Under the pieces are notes generated by a model. The model was not told the DNA's origin. It worked only from the letters and a program-made list of their open reading frames with translations, and did no database searches. Of a stretch of DNA of 64,000 nt, positions 29,718 through 40,014 are shown piece by piece. Numbering within the stretch: the stretch's first letter is position 1; every line of letters starts with the position of its first letter. Both the position numbers and the translations under genes were made by a program. This DNA is from Niveibacterium sp. (GTDB taxonomy: Bacteria > Pseudomonadota > Gammaproteobacteria > Burkholderiales > Rhodocyclaceae). The stretch covers positions 743-64,742 of the forward strand of contig JAVBUM010000031.1 in the NCBI GenBank assembly GCA_031555325.1, written 5' to 3'.

Positions 29718-32465
29718 ATGAGTGATCAGGACAAGGATCTTCCGCTTAGGGAAGATATCCGGCTGCTGGGCCGGATTCTCGGCGACACGGTGCGCGCCCA
29801 GGAGGGCGAAGCGGTTTTCGATCTTATTGAGAGCATTCGGCAGACGTCGATCCGATTTCGTCGCGACGATGACATTACCGCCCGCCGCGAACTCGAAGCC
29901 ATGTTGGACTCGCTCACACGCGAACAAACCAACCAAGTGGTACGCGCGTTTTCCTACTTCTCGCATCTGGCCAACATCGCCGAAGACCAGCATCACATCC
30001 GCCGTTCGCGCGCCCACGCGATTGCGGGTTCGGCTCCCCGCGAAGGCACGATGGCGGCCGCAGTATCGAGCGCGTTGGCTGCCGGAGTGAGCCCCCAGCA
30101 GATCACCCGCTTCTTCGAGGATGCCTTCGTCAGCCCGGTGCTGACGGCGCACCCGACCGAAGTCCAGCGCAAGAGCCTGCTCAACTGTCAGATGCAGATC
30201 GCCCGCCTGCTCGACACGCGCGATCGCATCCAGATGACACCGGCGGAAACCGACGAAAGCGATACCGACCTGCGCCGCACCGTGCTGACGATGTGGCAGA
30301 CCCGGATGCTTCGCCCAGCCAAGCTTTCAGTGCTCGACGAGGTCAAAAACGGTCTTTCGTACTACGACTACACATTCCTGCGCGAACTGCCGAAGCTCTA
30401 TGTCGCGTTGGAGGATCTGCTCGCCAAGGACGACCCGACGTGGCGGACGACAGAATTGCCGCCATTCCTGCGGCTCGGCAGCTGGATCGGTGGCGACCGC
30501 GACGGCAACCCGTATGTCACGGCCGGTGTCCTGCAGGAAGCACTTCGCATGCATTCGACAGTTGCCTTCGAGTTCTACCTCGAAGAACTACACACACTGG
30601 GCAACGAACTCTCGCTTGGAGCACCCCATGTATCGGCCTCCGACGCACTCATCGAACTCGCCGAATCCTCACCCGACCAATCACCGCACCGCTTTGACGA
30701 ACCATACCGTCGTGCGCTGACTGGTATCTACGCCCGCACTCACGCGACGGCGGCACGCCTGCTTGGCATGCGGATCGGCCGCCTGCCGGTCGGCGAAGTA
30801 ACCGCATACGCTACTGCCGATCAGTTGCTGGCCGAGCTCGAAATCGTTCATCGTTCACTAGTCGCCAATGGTTCCGAAACCATCGCGGGCGGCCGCCTGC
30901 GGCGGCTCCGACGTGCGGTCAAGGTATTTGGCTTTCACTTGGCTGCAATCGATCTGCGGCAGAACTCAGATGTTCACGAGCGTACGGTGGCAGAACTCTT
31001 GACCGCGGCAAACCCCGAGCTCGACTACCTCGCGCTCAACGAGGAAGGCCGCGTCGCGCTACTCATTGCGGAACTCTCGACTTCACGCCCGCTCGCCTCG
31101 CCCTTCGTTCAATACTCGGACGAAACCGTTGGCGAACTGGCGATCTTCCGCACCGCCGCCCAAGCACACCGCTTGTACGGTCCTGCCTGCGTGCCTAATT
31201 CGATCATCTCGAAGACCAATGACGTTTCCGACATGCTTGAACTGGCCGTGCTGCTCAAAGAGGTGGGTCTGCTGCGTCCGCACGAACGCACGCTGGACAT
31301 CAACATCATTCCGCTCTTCGAGACGATCGGCGACCTTCAGGCGGCAAGCGGCACGATGGATCATCTGTTCTCGCTACCAGCCTATCGCGAGTTGCTTGCC
31401 ACCCGAGGGCAGGCGCAGGAGGTCATGCTTGGCTATTCGGATAGCAACAAGGATGGCGGCTTCCTCACTTCCGGCTGGGAGTTGTACAAGGCGGAAATCC
31501 AGCTCGTCGAAGTATTCCGCAAGCACGAAGTGAAGATGCGCCTGTTCCACGGCCGGGGCGGCTCAGTTGGCCGCGGCGGCGGCCCAAGCTATCAAGCCAT
31601 CCTCGCACAGCCGGGCGGCGCGGTTCAGGGGCAGATCCGCCTGACGGAACAAGGCGAGGTGATCTCCTCGAAGTATGCCAATCCGGAAGTCGGTCACCGC
31701 AATCTCGAAGTGCTGGCTGCGGCAACCTTCGAGGCAACATTGCTTGCGCATCCAGAGGCCGCTCCGCGCCCCGAGTACCTCGCGATCATGGACGAGCTAT
31801 CCGCCACCGCGTTCGCGGCGTATCGCGGACTGATCTACGAAACCGAAGGCTTCGAGAAATACTTCTGGGAATCGACAGTGATCTCCGAGATTGCCCATCT
31901 CAACATCGGTTCGCGTCCAGCATCACGCAAGAAGACTTCCGCGATCGAAGACCTCCGAGCAATTCCGTGGGTGTTTTCATGGGCGCAATGCCGCCTGATG
32001 TTGCCCGGCTGGTTCGGATTCGGCTCGGCTGTGCAGACCTTTCTCGGAAAGCATCCAGACGGACTGGCGAAACTCCAGCAGATGTACAAGGAGTGGTCCT
32101 TCTTCACCACGATGCTATCCAACATGGATATGGTGCTGGCCAAGAGCGACATCGCAATCGCATCGCGCTACGCGGAACTCGTCCGCGACAAAGCTTTGCG
32201 CGAGACAATATTCCCGCGGATCCGTGGCGAACATCAGGCAACCATCGATGCGCTACTGGCCGTCTCGGGTCAGCAGGCACTACTCGAAGGCAATCCGCTG
32301 CTCAAGCGTTCAATCCGCAACCGCTTCCCATACCTCGATCCGCTGAATCACGTCCAGGTCGAGTTACTCCATCGCTACCGAGACGGCCACACGGACGACA
32401 AGCTCAAGCGCAACATCCATCTGTCGATCAACGTCATCGCCGCAGGCCTGCGCAATTCGGGCTGA
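29718..32465 (+). CDS. ppc: Phosphoenolpyruvate carboxylase
   Basis: [55 protein letters not shown]. Confidence 0.98.
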   Translation: MSDQDKDLPLREDIRLLGRILGDTVRAQEGEAVFDLIESIRQTSIRFRRDDDITARRELEAMLDSLTREQTNQVVRAFSYFSHLANIAEDQHHIRRSRAHAIAGSAPREGTMAAAVSSALAAGVSPQQITRFFEDAFVSPVLTAHPTEVQRKSLLNCQMQIARLLDTRDRIQMTPAETDESDTDLRRTVLTMWQTRMLRPAKLSVLDEVKNGLSYYDYTFLRELPKLYVALEDLLAKDDPTWRTTELPPFLRLGSWIGGDRDGNPYVTAGVLQEALRMHSTVAFEFYLEELHTLGNELSLGAPHVSASDALIELAESSPDQSPHRFDEPYRRALTGIYARTHATAARLLGMRIGRLPVGEVTAYATADQLLAELEIVHRSLVANGSETIAGGRLRRLRRAVKVFGFHLAAIDLRQNSDVHERTVAELLTAANPELDYLALNEEGRVALLIAELSTSRPLASPFVQYSDETVGELAIFRTAAQAHRLYGPACVPNSIISKTNDVSDMLELAVLLKEVGLLRPHERTLDINIIPLFETIGDLQAASGTMDHLFSLPAYRELLATRGQAQEVMLGYSDSNKDGGFLTSGWELYKAEIQLVEVFRKHEVKMRLFHGRGGSVGRGGGPSYQAILAQPGGAVQGQIRLTEQGEVISSKYANPEVGHRNLEVLAAATFEATLLAHPEAAPRPEYLAIMDELSATAFAAYRGLIYETEGFEKYFWESTVISEIAHLNIGSRPASRKKTSAIEDLRAIPWVFSWAQCRLMLPGWFGFGSAVQTFLGKHPDGLAKLQQMYKEWSFFTTMLSNMDMVLAKSDIAIASRYAELVRDKALRETIFPRIRGEHQATIDALLAVSGQQALLEGNPLLKRSIRNRFPYLDPLNHVQVELLHRYRDGHTDDKLKRNIHLSINVIAAGLRNSG

Positions 32466-32490
32466 GCGCCGGATTTCGTCCGGCGTTAAC

Positions 32491-32524
32491 AGACAAACGG
32501 CACCCGCAACGGTGCCGTTTGTCT
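32491..32524. terminator. Hairpin between convergent ppc and algR-like genes
   Basis: AGACAAACGGCACC-CGCAAC-GGTGCCGTTTGTCT perfect 14-bp stem. Confidence 0.8.
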
Positions 32525-32539
32525 TGCTGGAACAACGCT

Positions 32540-33298
32540 CTAATCCGACGTGTCCTCACTCAAGACGGCTGCCCTCAGCACCGGCCATTGCCTGCGGCTT
32601 ACGGGCAGGCGCTCATCAATCGTGTTAAGCCGTACGTTCCACTGTTCTGCTGCGTCGTCGCGCTCGAACCCCGCAATCGCTGTGCGTGCAACCAGACAAT
32701 TGCGGTGGATACGAATGAACCGCTCCGGAAACTCCTGCTCCAGATGCACCAGCGACTCATCAAGGAGGTGTTCGCGCTGTGCCGTTCGCGCGGTGACGTA
32801 CTTGAGTTCAGCCTTCAGGTAAAGCACTTCCGCGATCGGCACCAAGGTGATCCGGCCACGCTCACTGCTCGCAAAGTGACGCCGCGGCTCAGCGAATCCG
32901 TCAAGCAATTCACGCAAGACCGGCAAGCCGGCCCTGACCCGAGCTAGCGCGGCTTCGAGCCGTTGCGCCCGAACTGGCTTGAGCAGGTAGTCGATCGCGT
33001 TGAGCTCAAAGGCTGTAACTGCGTACTTGTCGTACGCAGTTGCAAAAATGATTTGCGGCGGCGAAGCCAAGCGCGACAAGTGTTGGGCAAGCTCGATGCC
33101 GTCCATGCCCGGCATTCGTATGTCCACAAACATCAGATCGGGCTTAGCCTGCTCATACAGGCGAAGCGCCTCATATCCGTTGGCCGCCAAACCAATAACG
33201 CGCGTCGGCTGCGTCACAGCCACATCGCCAAGCAAGTCTCGCAGACGCTCGCGTGCGGGGGCTTCATCATCGACGATGATTACGTCCAAGGGATTCAC
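32540..33298 (-). CDS. LytTR-family response regulator (AlgR-like)
   Basis: Receiver DDE...DIRMP, YLLKP; LytTR FIRIHRNCLV...LPVSRR. Confidence 0.93.
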   Translation of the reverse strand: MNPLDVIIVDDEAPARERLRDLLGDVAVTQPTRVIGLAANGYEALRLYEQAKPDLMFVDIRMPGMDGIELAQHLSRLASPPQIIFATAYDKYAVTAFELNAIDYLLKPVRAQRLEAALARVRAGLPVLRELLDGFAEPRRHFASSERGRITLVPIAEVLYLKAELKYVTARTAQREHLLDESLVHLEQEFPERFIRIHRNCLVARTAIAGFERDDAAEQWNVRLNTIDERLPVSRRQWPVLRAAVLSEDTSD

Positions 33299-34329
33299 TG
33301 CTGGGTATTCTCCCGTTTGATCGGCAAGCGGATGTGCACCAGGTAGCGACCGCCGCGTCGCCCGGTTTCCATGCTGGCCTCAATGTCGAAAAAGAGCGCC
33401 AGTCTTTCACGGATATTCGCTTGCGCCATGCGGTTGCCGGAACTTTGCCGCGCTTCGGCGCAAATAGGGTTGGCAATCTCGATGTGCAGTTCCCGACCCC
33501 GTCGTTCGATGCACACGTCGATGCAACCGGGCTCAGATGACGGCTCAATGCCGTGATAGACCGCATTCTCGATCAGCGGCTGGAGCATGAGAGGGGGTAC
33601 ATAGGCATCCATCGGACACTGCTTGAGGTCCCAGTTGACCGTCAGGCGTTCGCCCAGACGCAAGCGCTCTAGTTCGAGATAGCGCTCGCACAAGTCGATC
33701 TCTTCCTCGAGCAGAACAAGCCTGCGGTTTTCCTGCATGAGCGCGCGAAATAGATCAGCGAGTCCTTCGAGCGCCTGCTCGGCCCGTCGCGGGTCAGACC
33801 GGATAACACCCAGCACACCATTGATGCTGTTGAAGAAGAAGTGCGGCCGAATTCGCGCGTTGAGCGCCAGCACGCGCGCCTCAGCGATCGCAGGTGTCGC
33901 TGCACTCGCCCTCCAGTGGAAACAGCTCATCATCAACATGACAGCAACAAGGGTCCAAGCCGACCAGCGGATCAGGTCAGGCTGAAACCCGAATCGCTCC
34001 AACAAGGGCACGCTGCCAAGCAGACCGACAAGCGCCAAGCCAAAAATCATCACCGCCCCGCGGCGGAAGCCGAGCCGCTGGATCGTCGGTGCAAAGAGGT
34101 ACGCCACCACAAGTGCAAACAACAGCGGAAACTCAACGCATCCAGCCATGCCAACGATTTCGTCTGGCAATGCATCAACCTGCCGATTGCGCAGGAGCAC
34201 GGTCAGCAACGCAAACGTGTTAACCACCAGCATCGCGCGGATCGTGACTCCAAGGTTCCTGAAGTCCGGCGCGGGAATCCACCCCTTGAGAGCCACTTGG
34301 GCATCAGGCTTTTGCCGTATACTCGTCAT
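33295..34329 (-). CDS. LytS-type sensor histidine kinase (AlgZ/FimS-like)
   Basis: ALNARIRPHFFFNSIN, LQPLIENAVYHG; argH-algZ-algR-hemC synteny. Confidence 0.92.
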   Translation of the reverse strand: MTSIRQKPDAQVALKGWIPAPDFRNLGVTIRAMLVVNTFALLTVLLRNRQVDALPDEIVGMAGCVEFPLLFALVVAYLFAPTIQRLGFRRGAVMIFGLALVGLLGSVPLLERFGFQPDLIRWSAWTLVAVMLMMSCFHWRASAATPAIAEARVLALNARIRPHFFFNSINGVLGVIRSDPRRAEQALEGLADLFRALMQENRRLVLLEEEIDLCERYLELERLRLGERLTVNWDLKQCPMDAYVPPLMLQPLIENAVYHGIEPSSEPGCIDVCIERRGRELHIEIANPICAEARQSSGNRMAQANIRERLALFFDIEASMETGRRGGRYLVHIRLPIKRENTQQ

Positions 34330-34493
34330 TTCTTGGGCGCCAACGGCGCCTTTTTCTCTGCAGCCCGCTGAACCTGTGAAAACGTTGTAGTGGCTGTCCG
34401 AACCCGAAGCGGGAAGTACATCGCTGCTTCGAGATTGGCGCATCCATCCGTTGGTCTACAGGCCTTCAGCCCGCGCCAACATATTCCCTGATT

Positions 34494-35900
34494 ATGACAG
34501 AGCGTTCACCATCGTCGCAGGACAGCGAAGCCAAGGGCTGGTCCGGCCGCTTCAGCGAGCCCGTTTCCGATCTCGTCAAGCGTTTCACCGCTTCCGTATT
34601 CTTCGATTGCCGCATGGCCGAACAGGACATCCGCGGCTCACTGGCCCACGCGAAGATGCTCGCACGGCAGAACATCATCAGCGGTCAGGATCTCGCTGAT
34701 ATCGAACGCGGCATGGCACAGATCCAGGAAGAGATCCACGCGGGCAAGTTCGAATGGAGCCTTGATCTCGAAGACGTCCATCTGAACGTCGAACGGCGGC
34801 TTACGACTTTGGTCGGCGATGCGGGCAAGCGACTGCACACGGGCCGCTCACGTAACGATCAGGTCGCCACTGATATTCGCCTCTGGCTACGGGACGCGAC
34901 GGATCAAGCGATCGCCTTGCTTGCCGAATTCCAGCGTGCGCTCTGCGACATGGCCGAACAACATGCTGCGACGCCGATGCCTGGCTTCACCCACCTGCAG
35001 GTGGCGCAACCGGTAACCTTTGGCCACCATCTGATGGCCTATGTCGAAATGGCGCGGCGCGATGCCGAGCGGCTCACCGACGCCCGCCGTCGCATCAATC
35101 GTCTGCCACTGGGCGCCTCGGCACTCGCCGGCACCAGCTATCCGATCGACCGGGAATTCGTCGCCCGCGAGCTGGGTTTTGAGGCAGTCTGTGAAAACTC
35201 CCTCGACGCCGTATCGGACCGCGATTTCGCAATCGAATTCACTGCCGCCGCCGCGCTGGTCATGACACACCTGTCGCGTCTGTCTGAAGAACTGATCCTC
35301 TGGATGAGCCCGCGAGTTGGATTCATCGACTTGGCGGACCGCTTCTGCACCGGCAGCTCGATCATGCCGCAAAAAAAGAACCCAGACGTACCCGAACTCG
35401 TACGCGGCAAGACAGGGCGCGTTAACGGCCATCTCGTCGGTCTGCTCACGCTGATGAAGGGCCAGCCGCTGGCCTACAACAAGGACAATCAGGAAGACAA
35501 AGAGCCCCTGTTCGATACCGCGGACACGCTGATCGACAGCCTCCGCATCTTCACCGACATGGTCCCGGGCATCCGCGTCAAGGCCGACGCAATGCGGGAT
35601 GCGCTCAAACAGGGCTTTGCCACCGCTACCGAACTGGCCGACTACCTTGCCAAGCGTGGATTGCCGTTCCGCGACGCACACGAGGCCGTCGCGCGAGCGG
35701 TCAGGGAAGCCGAGACGCGCGGCTGCGACCTGCCGGACTTGCCGCTCGATGTGCTCAAGGGTTTCTCGAATCTGGTATCCGAGGATGTTTATCAGGTACT
35801 GACGGTCGAAGGCGCACTGGCGGGACGCAACCATATTGGCGGCACAGCCCCAGAGCAGGTTTGCGCGGCTGTTGCCCGCACCCGCGCCCGGCTCGGCTAA
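34494..35900 (+). CDS. argH: Argininosuccinate lyase
   Basis: [36 protein letters not shown]. Confidence 0.98.
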   Translation: MTERSPSSQDSEAKGWSGRFSEPVSDLVKRFTASVFFDCRMAEQDIRGSLAHAKMLARQNIISGQDLADIERGMAQIQEEIHAGKFEWSLDLEDVHLNVERRLTTLVGDAGKRLHTGRSRNDQVATDIRLWLRDATDQAIALLAEFQRALCDMAEQHAATPMPGFTHLQVAQPVTFGHHLMAYVEMARRDAERLTDARRRINRLPLGASALAGTSYPIDREFVARELGFEAVCENSLDAVSDRDFAIEFTAAAALVMTHLSRLSEELILWMSPRVGFIDLADRFCTGSSIMPQKKNPDVPELVRGKTGRVNGHLVGLLTLMKGQPLAYNKDNQEDKEPLFDTADTLIDSLRIFTDMVPGIRVKADAMRDALKQGFATATELADYLAKRGLPFRDAHEAVARAVREAETRGCDLPDLPLDVLKGFSNLVSEDVYQVLTVEGALAGRNHIGGTAPEQVCAAVARTRARLG

Positions 35901-35905
35901 GCAGG

Positions 35906-36775
35906 ATGTCCGTGCTGGAGGAGGCCGTCGAAAGCGCACTGCGAGGCGTGCTTGGCACCGATTTCCGGCTTGCCGGCGACGCACTGGCCGGCAAGATCGA
36001 AGGAACACGTGGAGAGCGGTTCTTCCTAAAGTTGCGCCCTGCGGCAGAAGCCGATCGGCTTTCGGCTGAGGTGGATGGACTACGAGCCTTGGCCGAGAGC
36101 GAAACCTTCAAGGTGCCCACTATCATCGTACAAGGCGAAGTCGGTGAAACGGCTTTTCTCGCCACGGAGCATCTCGACCTGAAGCCCCTGTCCCATGCAA
36201 ATGGCGCCCATGCAGGAGAAGCACTCGCTACGCTCCACGCACCAAGGTCTGGAAGCTACGGTTGGCGGCGGGATAACTACATCGGAGCCACGCTTCAACA
36301 CAACGCCCAAAGCGAATCGTGGCCAATCTTCTTTGCTTCCCAACGATTGCGCCCGCAACTCGCGCTGGCGGCTAGCAAGGGCTACCGGGGTGCACTGCAA
36401 CAACATGGCGAGCATATCTGCGAAAAAATCGCAGCCTTCTTTCTTGAATACCGGCCCGCCCCCGCCCTGCTCCACGGCGATCTGTGGAACGGAAACATCG
36501 GTGAATTACCAGACGGGGCTCCAGCGCTTTTCGACCCTGCCGTCTGTATCGGTGACCGCGAGACGGATGTGGCGATGACCGAGCTGTTCGGTGGTTTTCC
36601 CGAAAGTTTCTATGCGACATATCGCCGTGCCCGCCCGCTCGACTTCGGCTACGAACAGCGTAAGCAGTTGTACAACCTCTACCATATGCTCAATCACCTG
36701 AATCTCTTCGGCCGCAGCTATTTACGGCAGGTGGAGTGGATGGCAACCAAGCTGTTCGACGAATTGCGCCACTAA
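35906..36775 (+). CDS. Fructosamine-kinase-family protein
   Basis: FFLK, DNYIGATLQ, LHGDLWNGN, DPAV, ELFGGF, YNLYHMLNH. Confidence 0.92.
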   Translation: MSVLEEAVESALRGVLGTDFRLAGDALAGKIEGTRGERFFLKLRPAAEADRLSAEVDGLRALAESETFKVPTIIVQGEVGETAFLATEHLDLKPLSHANGAHAGEALATLHAPRSGSYGWRRDNYIGATLQHNAQSESWPIFFASQRLRPQLALAASKGYRGALQQHGEHICEKIAAFFLEYRPAPALLHGDLWNGNIGELPDGAPALFDPAVCIGDRETDVAMTELFGGFPESFYATYRRARPLDFGYEQRKQLYNLYHMLNHLNLFGRSYLRQVEWMATKLFDELRH

Positions 36776-36996
36776 GCCCGGCACACCTCCGTCGATATTT
36801 TTGACATTTCTGGCGGCGCTCACTTATCTGCCTGGAGAGGTTTCCCGTAGGATCTTGATTAAAAAGGCAGTTTTAAAAAGAGCGCAAAGCGCACGATTTT
36901 TGCTTTTAGACTCTTGACCGGTTCTGCAAATTCCGCTCTTGTGACGTAGTTGGGTGTCTTCAGAGCGACAGCTTGTCCACAATGGCAGGACCACGA

Positions 36997-37671
36997 ATGG
37001 AAATCAGCACCATGCGAGATCAAGCCCCGAATCCGAATACTCTTCTCGACGACCAAAGCGAAACAGCGGGGCGGGACGTTCAGTCCTCAGCGCGCCGACG
37101 CTGGATCCTTCGCAGCGGCATCACGGTTGCACCCGTCATATTGACGCTGGCGAGTCGACCCGTACTGGGCAATGGGCTGGGACCCAACGGCTGTATATCG
37201 CCGTCGGCAACGCTCTCGGGCGCCTTGAGCCAAGCCACGAACCAAGTCGGTACCTGTAGCGGGGACGGTTATAGCGCTTGGAAGAGTCTGGCGACGGCAC
37301 CCATACCGCCGGATTGGGCATCGACTGAGTTTCACCCGCTTTTCTCAAGCGATGGGGGCGTTGGCAGAAAGTTCTATAGCGCTAATGTGCCCCTTAAGTT
37401 TGGCGAAATTCTCCAGCTCAACGGTACGATGGCCGGTCAGGATGCGGCGGGGAATTTCGATCAGGACTTGGTCGCAGGCCATATGATTGCGGCGTATCTG
37501 AATCTGACCCAGAAGCCTAGCTCCATATCGGACAAGGCAATGACTGTTGTCCGGCTGCTGAAGCTCTGGCGCGAATGGGCACTCACGGGGCAGTACCTTC
37601 CATACGCTGGCGCAACACCGTGGAACGGTGCGGCAATCGTAGATTACCTGACGCGCAGCCACCTCGCCTGA
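36997..37671 (+). CDS. Hypothetical protein with twin-arginine/hydrophobic leader and Cys/Ser-rich motif; candidate substrate of downstream enzymes
   Basis: SARRRWILRSGITVAPVILTLASRPVLG followed by CISPSATLSGALS; 7-bp gap to the PqqD gene; start uncertain (36997 or 37012). Confidence 0.8.
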   Translation: MEISTMRDQAPNPNTLLDDQSETAGRDVQSSARRRWILRSGITVAPVILTLASRPVLGNGLGPNGCISPSATLSGALSQATNQVGTCSGDGYSAWKSLATAPIPPDWASTEFHPLFSSDGGVGRKFYSANVPLKFGEILQLNGTMAGQDAAGNFDQDLVAGHMIAAYLNLTQKPSSISDKAMTVVRLLKLWREWALTGQYLPYAGATPWNGAAIVDYLTRSHLA

Positions 37672-37678
37672 GCATACC

Positions 37679-37939
37679 GTGCCGCGCGAACATGCCTCGC
37701 GTTGGCTAATGCGCGAGTGGGATGACGGCGCGGTCGTTTATGACCGCAAAACCGGGGACACCCACGCAATCGATCCGTTTGCGGTTGAATTCCTTTGCCT
37801 GCCCGAATCGGCACGATACGATCCGGCGCAGGCGTCAGCGCTGCTCCAGAAAAGCTTCGGCGGCGAAATTGACGCAGAAGCCCTGCGTCGTGGAATCGAC
37901 GCAGCAATCAAACAACTCCGCCGCATCGAATTGCTTTGA
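37679..37939 (+). CDS. Stand-alone PqqD/RRE-family protein (HPr-rel-A system type)
   Basis: 86 aa, GTG start; beta-strand segment WDDGAVVYDRKTGDTHAID then helices ending QLRRIELL; precedes HprK-like kinase. Confidence 0.8.
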   Translation: MPREHASRWLMREWDDGAVVYDRKTGDTHAIDPFAVEFLCLPESARYDPAQASALLQKSFGGEIDAEALRRGIDAAIKQLRRIELL

Positions 37940-38862
37940 CCCAGACCATGCGCGTCGGCGATCTATCGCGCGACGAACTGCGAAGCCGGCTCCACGGCAC
38001 GGGCCTATACTTGCGCTCGGGTCCGCTCGTATTCGACATTCACAGCCGCGAACCCGAAATCAGCAACAATCTGTCGCTGCTTTACGCGGATAGCTTGCTC
38101 GCGACAGGTGACTTCGCCGATTTCCATGTGGAGGTTCGGCGCGTCCGCGGGCTCCGTGGCAGGCTGAAGCCACAGATCGAATTCGTCATCGACGAACGTG
38201 GCCCATTCCAACCCCTACCACGCCCGCAATCCTTTGCGATGCTTGAATGGGGCATGAACTGGTGCGTTGCCACACAGTGCCACCAGTTTCTGGTCATCCA
38301 CGCTGCAGTGGTGGAGCGCAACGGATTTGCCGCAATCCTCCCTGCTCCACCCGGCTCTGGCAAGAGCACGCTTTGTGCGGCGTTGATCCACGCAGGCTGG
38401 CGCTTGTGTTCAGACGAACTGACACTGCTCGACCCGGACGATGGCATGGTCGTCGCGCTGGCCCGACCCGTGAGCCTCAAGAATGCCTCAATCGAAGTCA
38501 TCCGCGATTTCGCCCCACAGGCGATTTTCGGAGAGGAAATACCCGACACCAAGAAGGGGCGCATATCGCACCTTAAACCGCCGCGGGCGAGCATCGAGAA
38601 TGTTGCACTCCGAGCCCGTCCGCGCTGGATTGTATTTCCACAATGGGAGGCGGGCGCATCGCTGTCTCTTTTCAGCCAGCCGAAATCTCATGGATTCATC
38701 CAGCTCGCTGAAAACGCATTCAACTACAGCATGCTCGGCGAAACTGGCTTCGACCTACTCGGCCGAGTGATTAACGACAGCGAATGCCTGGGGTTGCGCT
38801 ACAGCCGACTCGATGACGCCATCGCTTGGTTCGAACGGGTCGCTGATGAGGCCAACCGATGA
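37936..38862 (+). CDS. HprK-related kinase (kinase A type)
   Basis: VIHAAVVE, Walker A APPGSGKST, GWRLCSDEL, RPVSLKN; 4-bp overlaps with both neighbours. Confidence 0.88.
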   Translation: MTQTMRVGDLSRDELRSRLHGTGLYLRSGPLVFDIHSREPEISNNLSLLYADSLLATGDFADFHVEVRRVRGLRGRLKPQIEFVIDERGPFQPLPRPQSFAMLEWGMNWCVATQCHQFLVIHAAVVERNGFAAILPAPPGSGKSTLCAALIHAGWRLCSDELTLLDPDDGMVVALARPVSLKNASIEVIRDFAPQAIFGEEIPDTKKGRISHLKPPRASIENVALRARPRWIVFPQWEAGASLSLFSQPKSHGFIQLAENAFNYSMLGETGFDLLGRVINDSECLGLRYSRLDDAIAWFERVADEANR

Positions 38863-39995
38863 TCCGCGACGCAGTACTCCCCATCATTCGCGATCCGGCC
38901 TCCGCACTTGGCCTCGGCATGCAAGGCTGGGACAACCTGTTGCGTGAGGCGTGGATCGCCAATCTTAGTGCGCGAATTGCGGAGGACCTTGCACACCTTG
39001 GACCGCCTGATCTGGTACCACCTCCGGTCCGCCCACACCTCTTGAGCGCGCGGCGGATCGCACAACGTCAACGGATCGCCACGCTCGCCGAAATCGAGCG
39101 CGTGCGGACTGCACTCGCCGATGGCGGAATCCGCCTCGTTCTGCTCAAAGGTGCGGCTTATCTTGCGGCCGACCTACCCAACGCCCTGGGACGCGTGTTC
39201 GGCGATATCGATCTGCTCGTCCCGCGAGCGTTGCTCATCGAAACCGAAGCAATGGCGCTCAAGCATGGCTGGATCGGCACCCATCATGATGCGTACGATC
39301 AGCGCTACTACCGCCAATGGATGCACGAATTGCCCCCGCTGCACCATGTAGTGCGGGAATCAACGCTCGACGTGCATCACAACATCCTGCCTGCTACAGC
39401 GAGGCGTCCGCCTGATGCAGCGCTGCTCCTGGCCGATGCAGTCGAGACCACGATTCCAGGGATCTTCGTCCTGGCTCCGCCGGACATGGTGCTCCACAGT
39501 GCCTGTCACTTGTTCCACGAGGGCGAACTGGACAATGGATTACGGGATCTCGTCGATCTGGATGGTCTGCTGCGCCATTTCGGCGGTACGCCGGATTTTT
39601 GGGATCGCCTCGAAACACGAGCTGGCGCCCTGCACCTCGAACGCCCGCTACGCTATGCGCTTCGGATGTGCGAACTGATGCTGGGGACACCATTCCCACG
39701 CCCACTGCTTGATAACCATGCACCTTGGCCCGCCGATTTCCGCGAGCGCATGCTGGAGCAGCTCTACCTGCGCGGACTCCGCCCCAACCACCCGTTGGCC
39801 GGCGACCGCTGGACACCACTCGCCCGCTGGTTGTTGTATGTACGCGGCCACTGGCTGCGCATGCCGCCTCACTTGCTCGCTGCTCATCTCTCCCGCAAGG
39901 CATGGCTACGTTGGACAGGTTTTGAATTCGGCTCGGACCACCGCGAAGAAGCCGAGATCCTGAAAGCAAAACCCCGGTCTGAAGACCGGGGTTAA
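38859..39995 (+). CDS. Nucleotidyltransferase family protein (NTP_transf_5-like)
   Basis: LLKGAAYL, RVFGDIDLLV (DxD), DVHHNI, HSACHLF, LRDLVDL. Confidence 0.87.
   Translation: MIRDAVLPIIRDPASALGLGMQGWDNLLREAWIANLSARIAEDLAHLGPPDLVPPPVRPHLLSARRIAQRQRIATLAEIERVRTALADGGIRLVLLKGAAYLAADLPNALGRVFGDIDLLVPRALLIETEAMALKHGWIGTHHDAYDQRYYRQWMHELPPLHHVVRESTLDVHHNILPATARRPPDAALLLADAVETTIPGIFVLAPPDMVLHSACHLFHEGELDNGLRDLVDLDGLLRHFGGTPDFWDRLETRAGALHLERPLRYALRMCELMLGTPFPRPLLDNHAPWPADFRERMLEQLYLRGLRPNHPLAGDRWTPLARWLLYVRGHWLRMPPHLLAAHLSRKAWLRWTGFEFGSDHREEAEILKAKPRSEDRG
39970..39993 (-). terminator. Probable grxD terminator lying inside the last codons of the convergent nucleotidyltransferase gene
   Basis: AACCCCGGTC-TGAA-GACCGGGGTT perfect stem; T run follows on the minus strand. 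Confidence 0.65.
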
Positions 39996-40014
39996 GCGCC
40001 GTATCGAAGGCTGA

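Noticed and set aside
29523-30152. Apparent N-terminal extension of hemC
   Set aside because: Runs antisense into ppc; HemC homology starts at 29522.
34887-36008. 373-aa minus-strand ORF
   Set aside because: Antisense shadow of argH.
37936-38862. Canonical HPr kinase/phosphorylase (hprK) of the PTS
   Set aside because: No ptsN/ptsH/rapZ context, and it lacks the canonical G-x-SG-x-GKSE signature; fits only as an HprK-related kinase.
36997-39995. Classical lasso peptide cluster
   Set aside because: No asparagine-synthetase-like cyclase, no transglutaminase-like B2 protease, no ABC exporter and no short precursor ORF in or around the operon.
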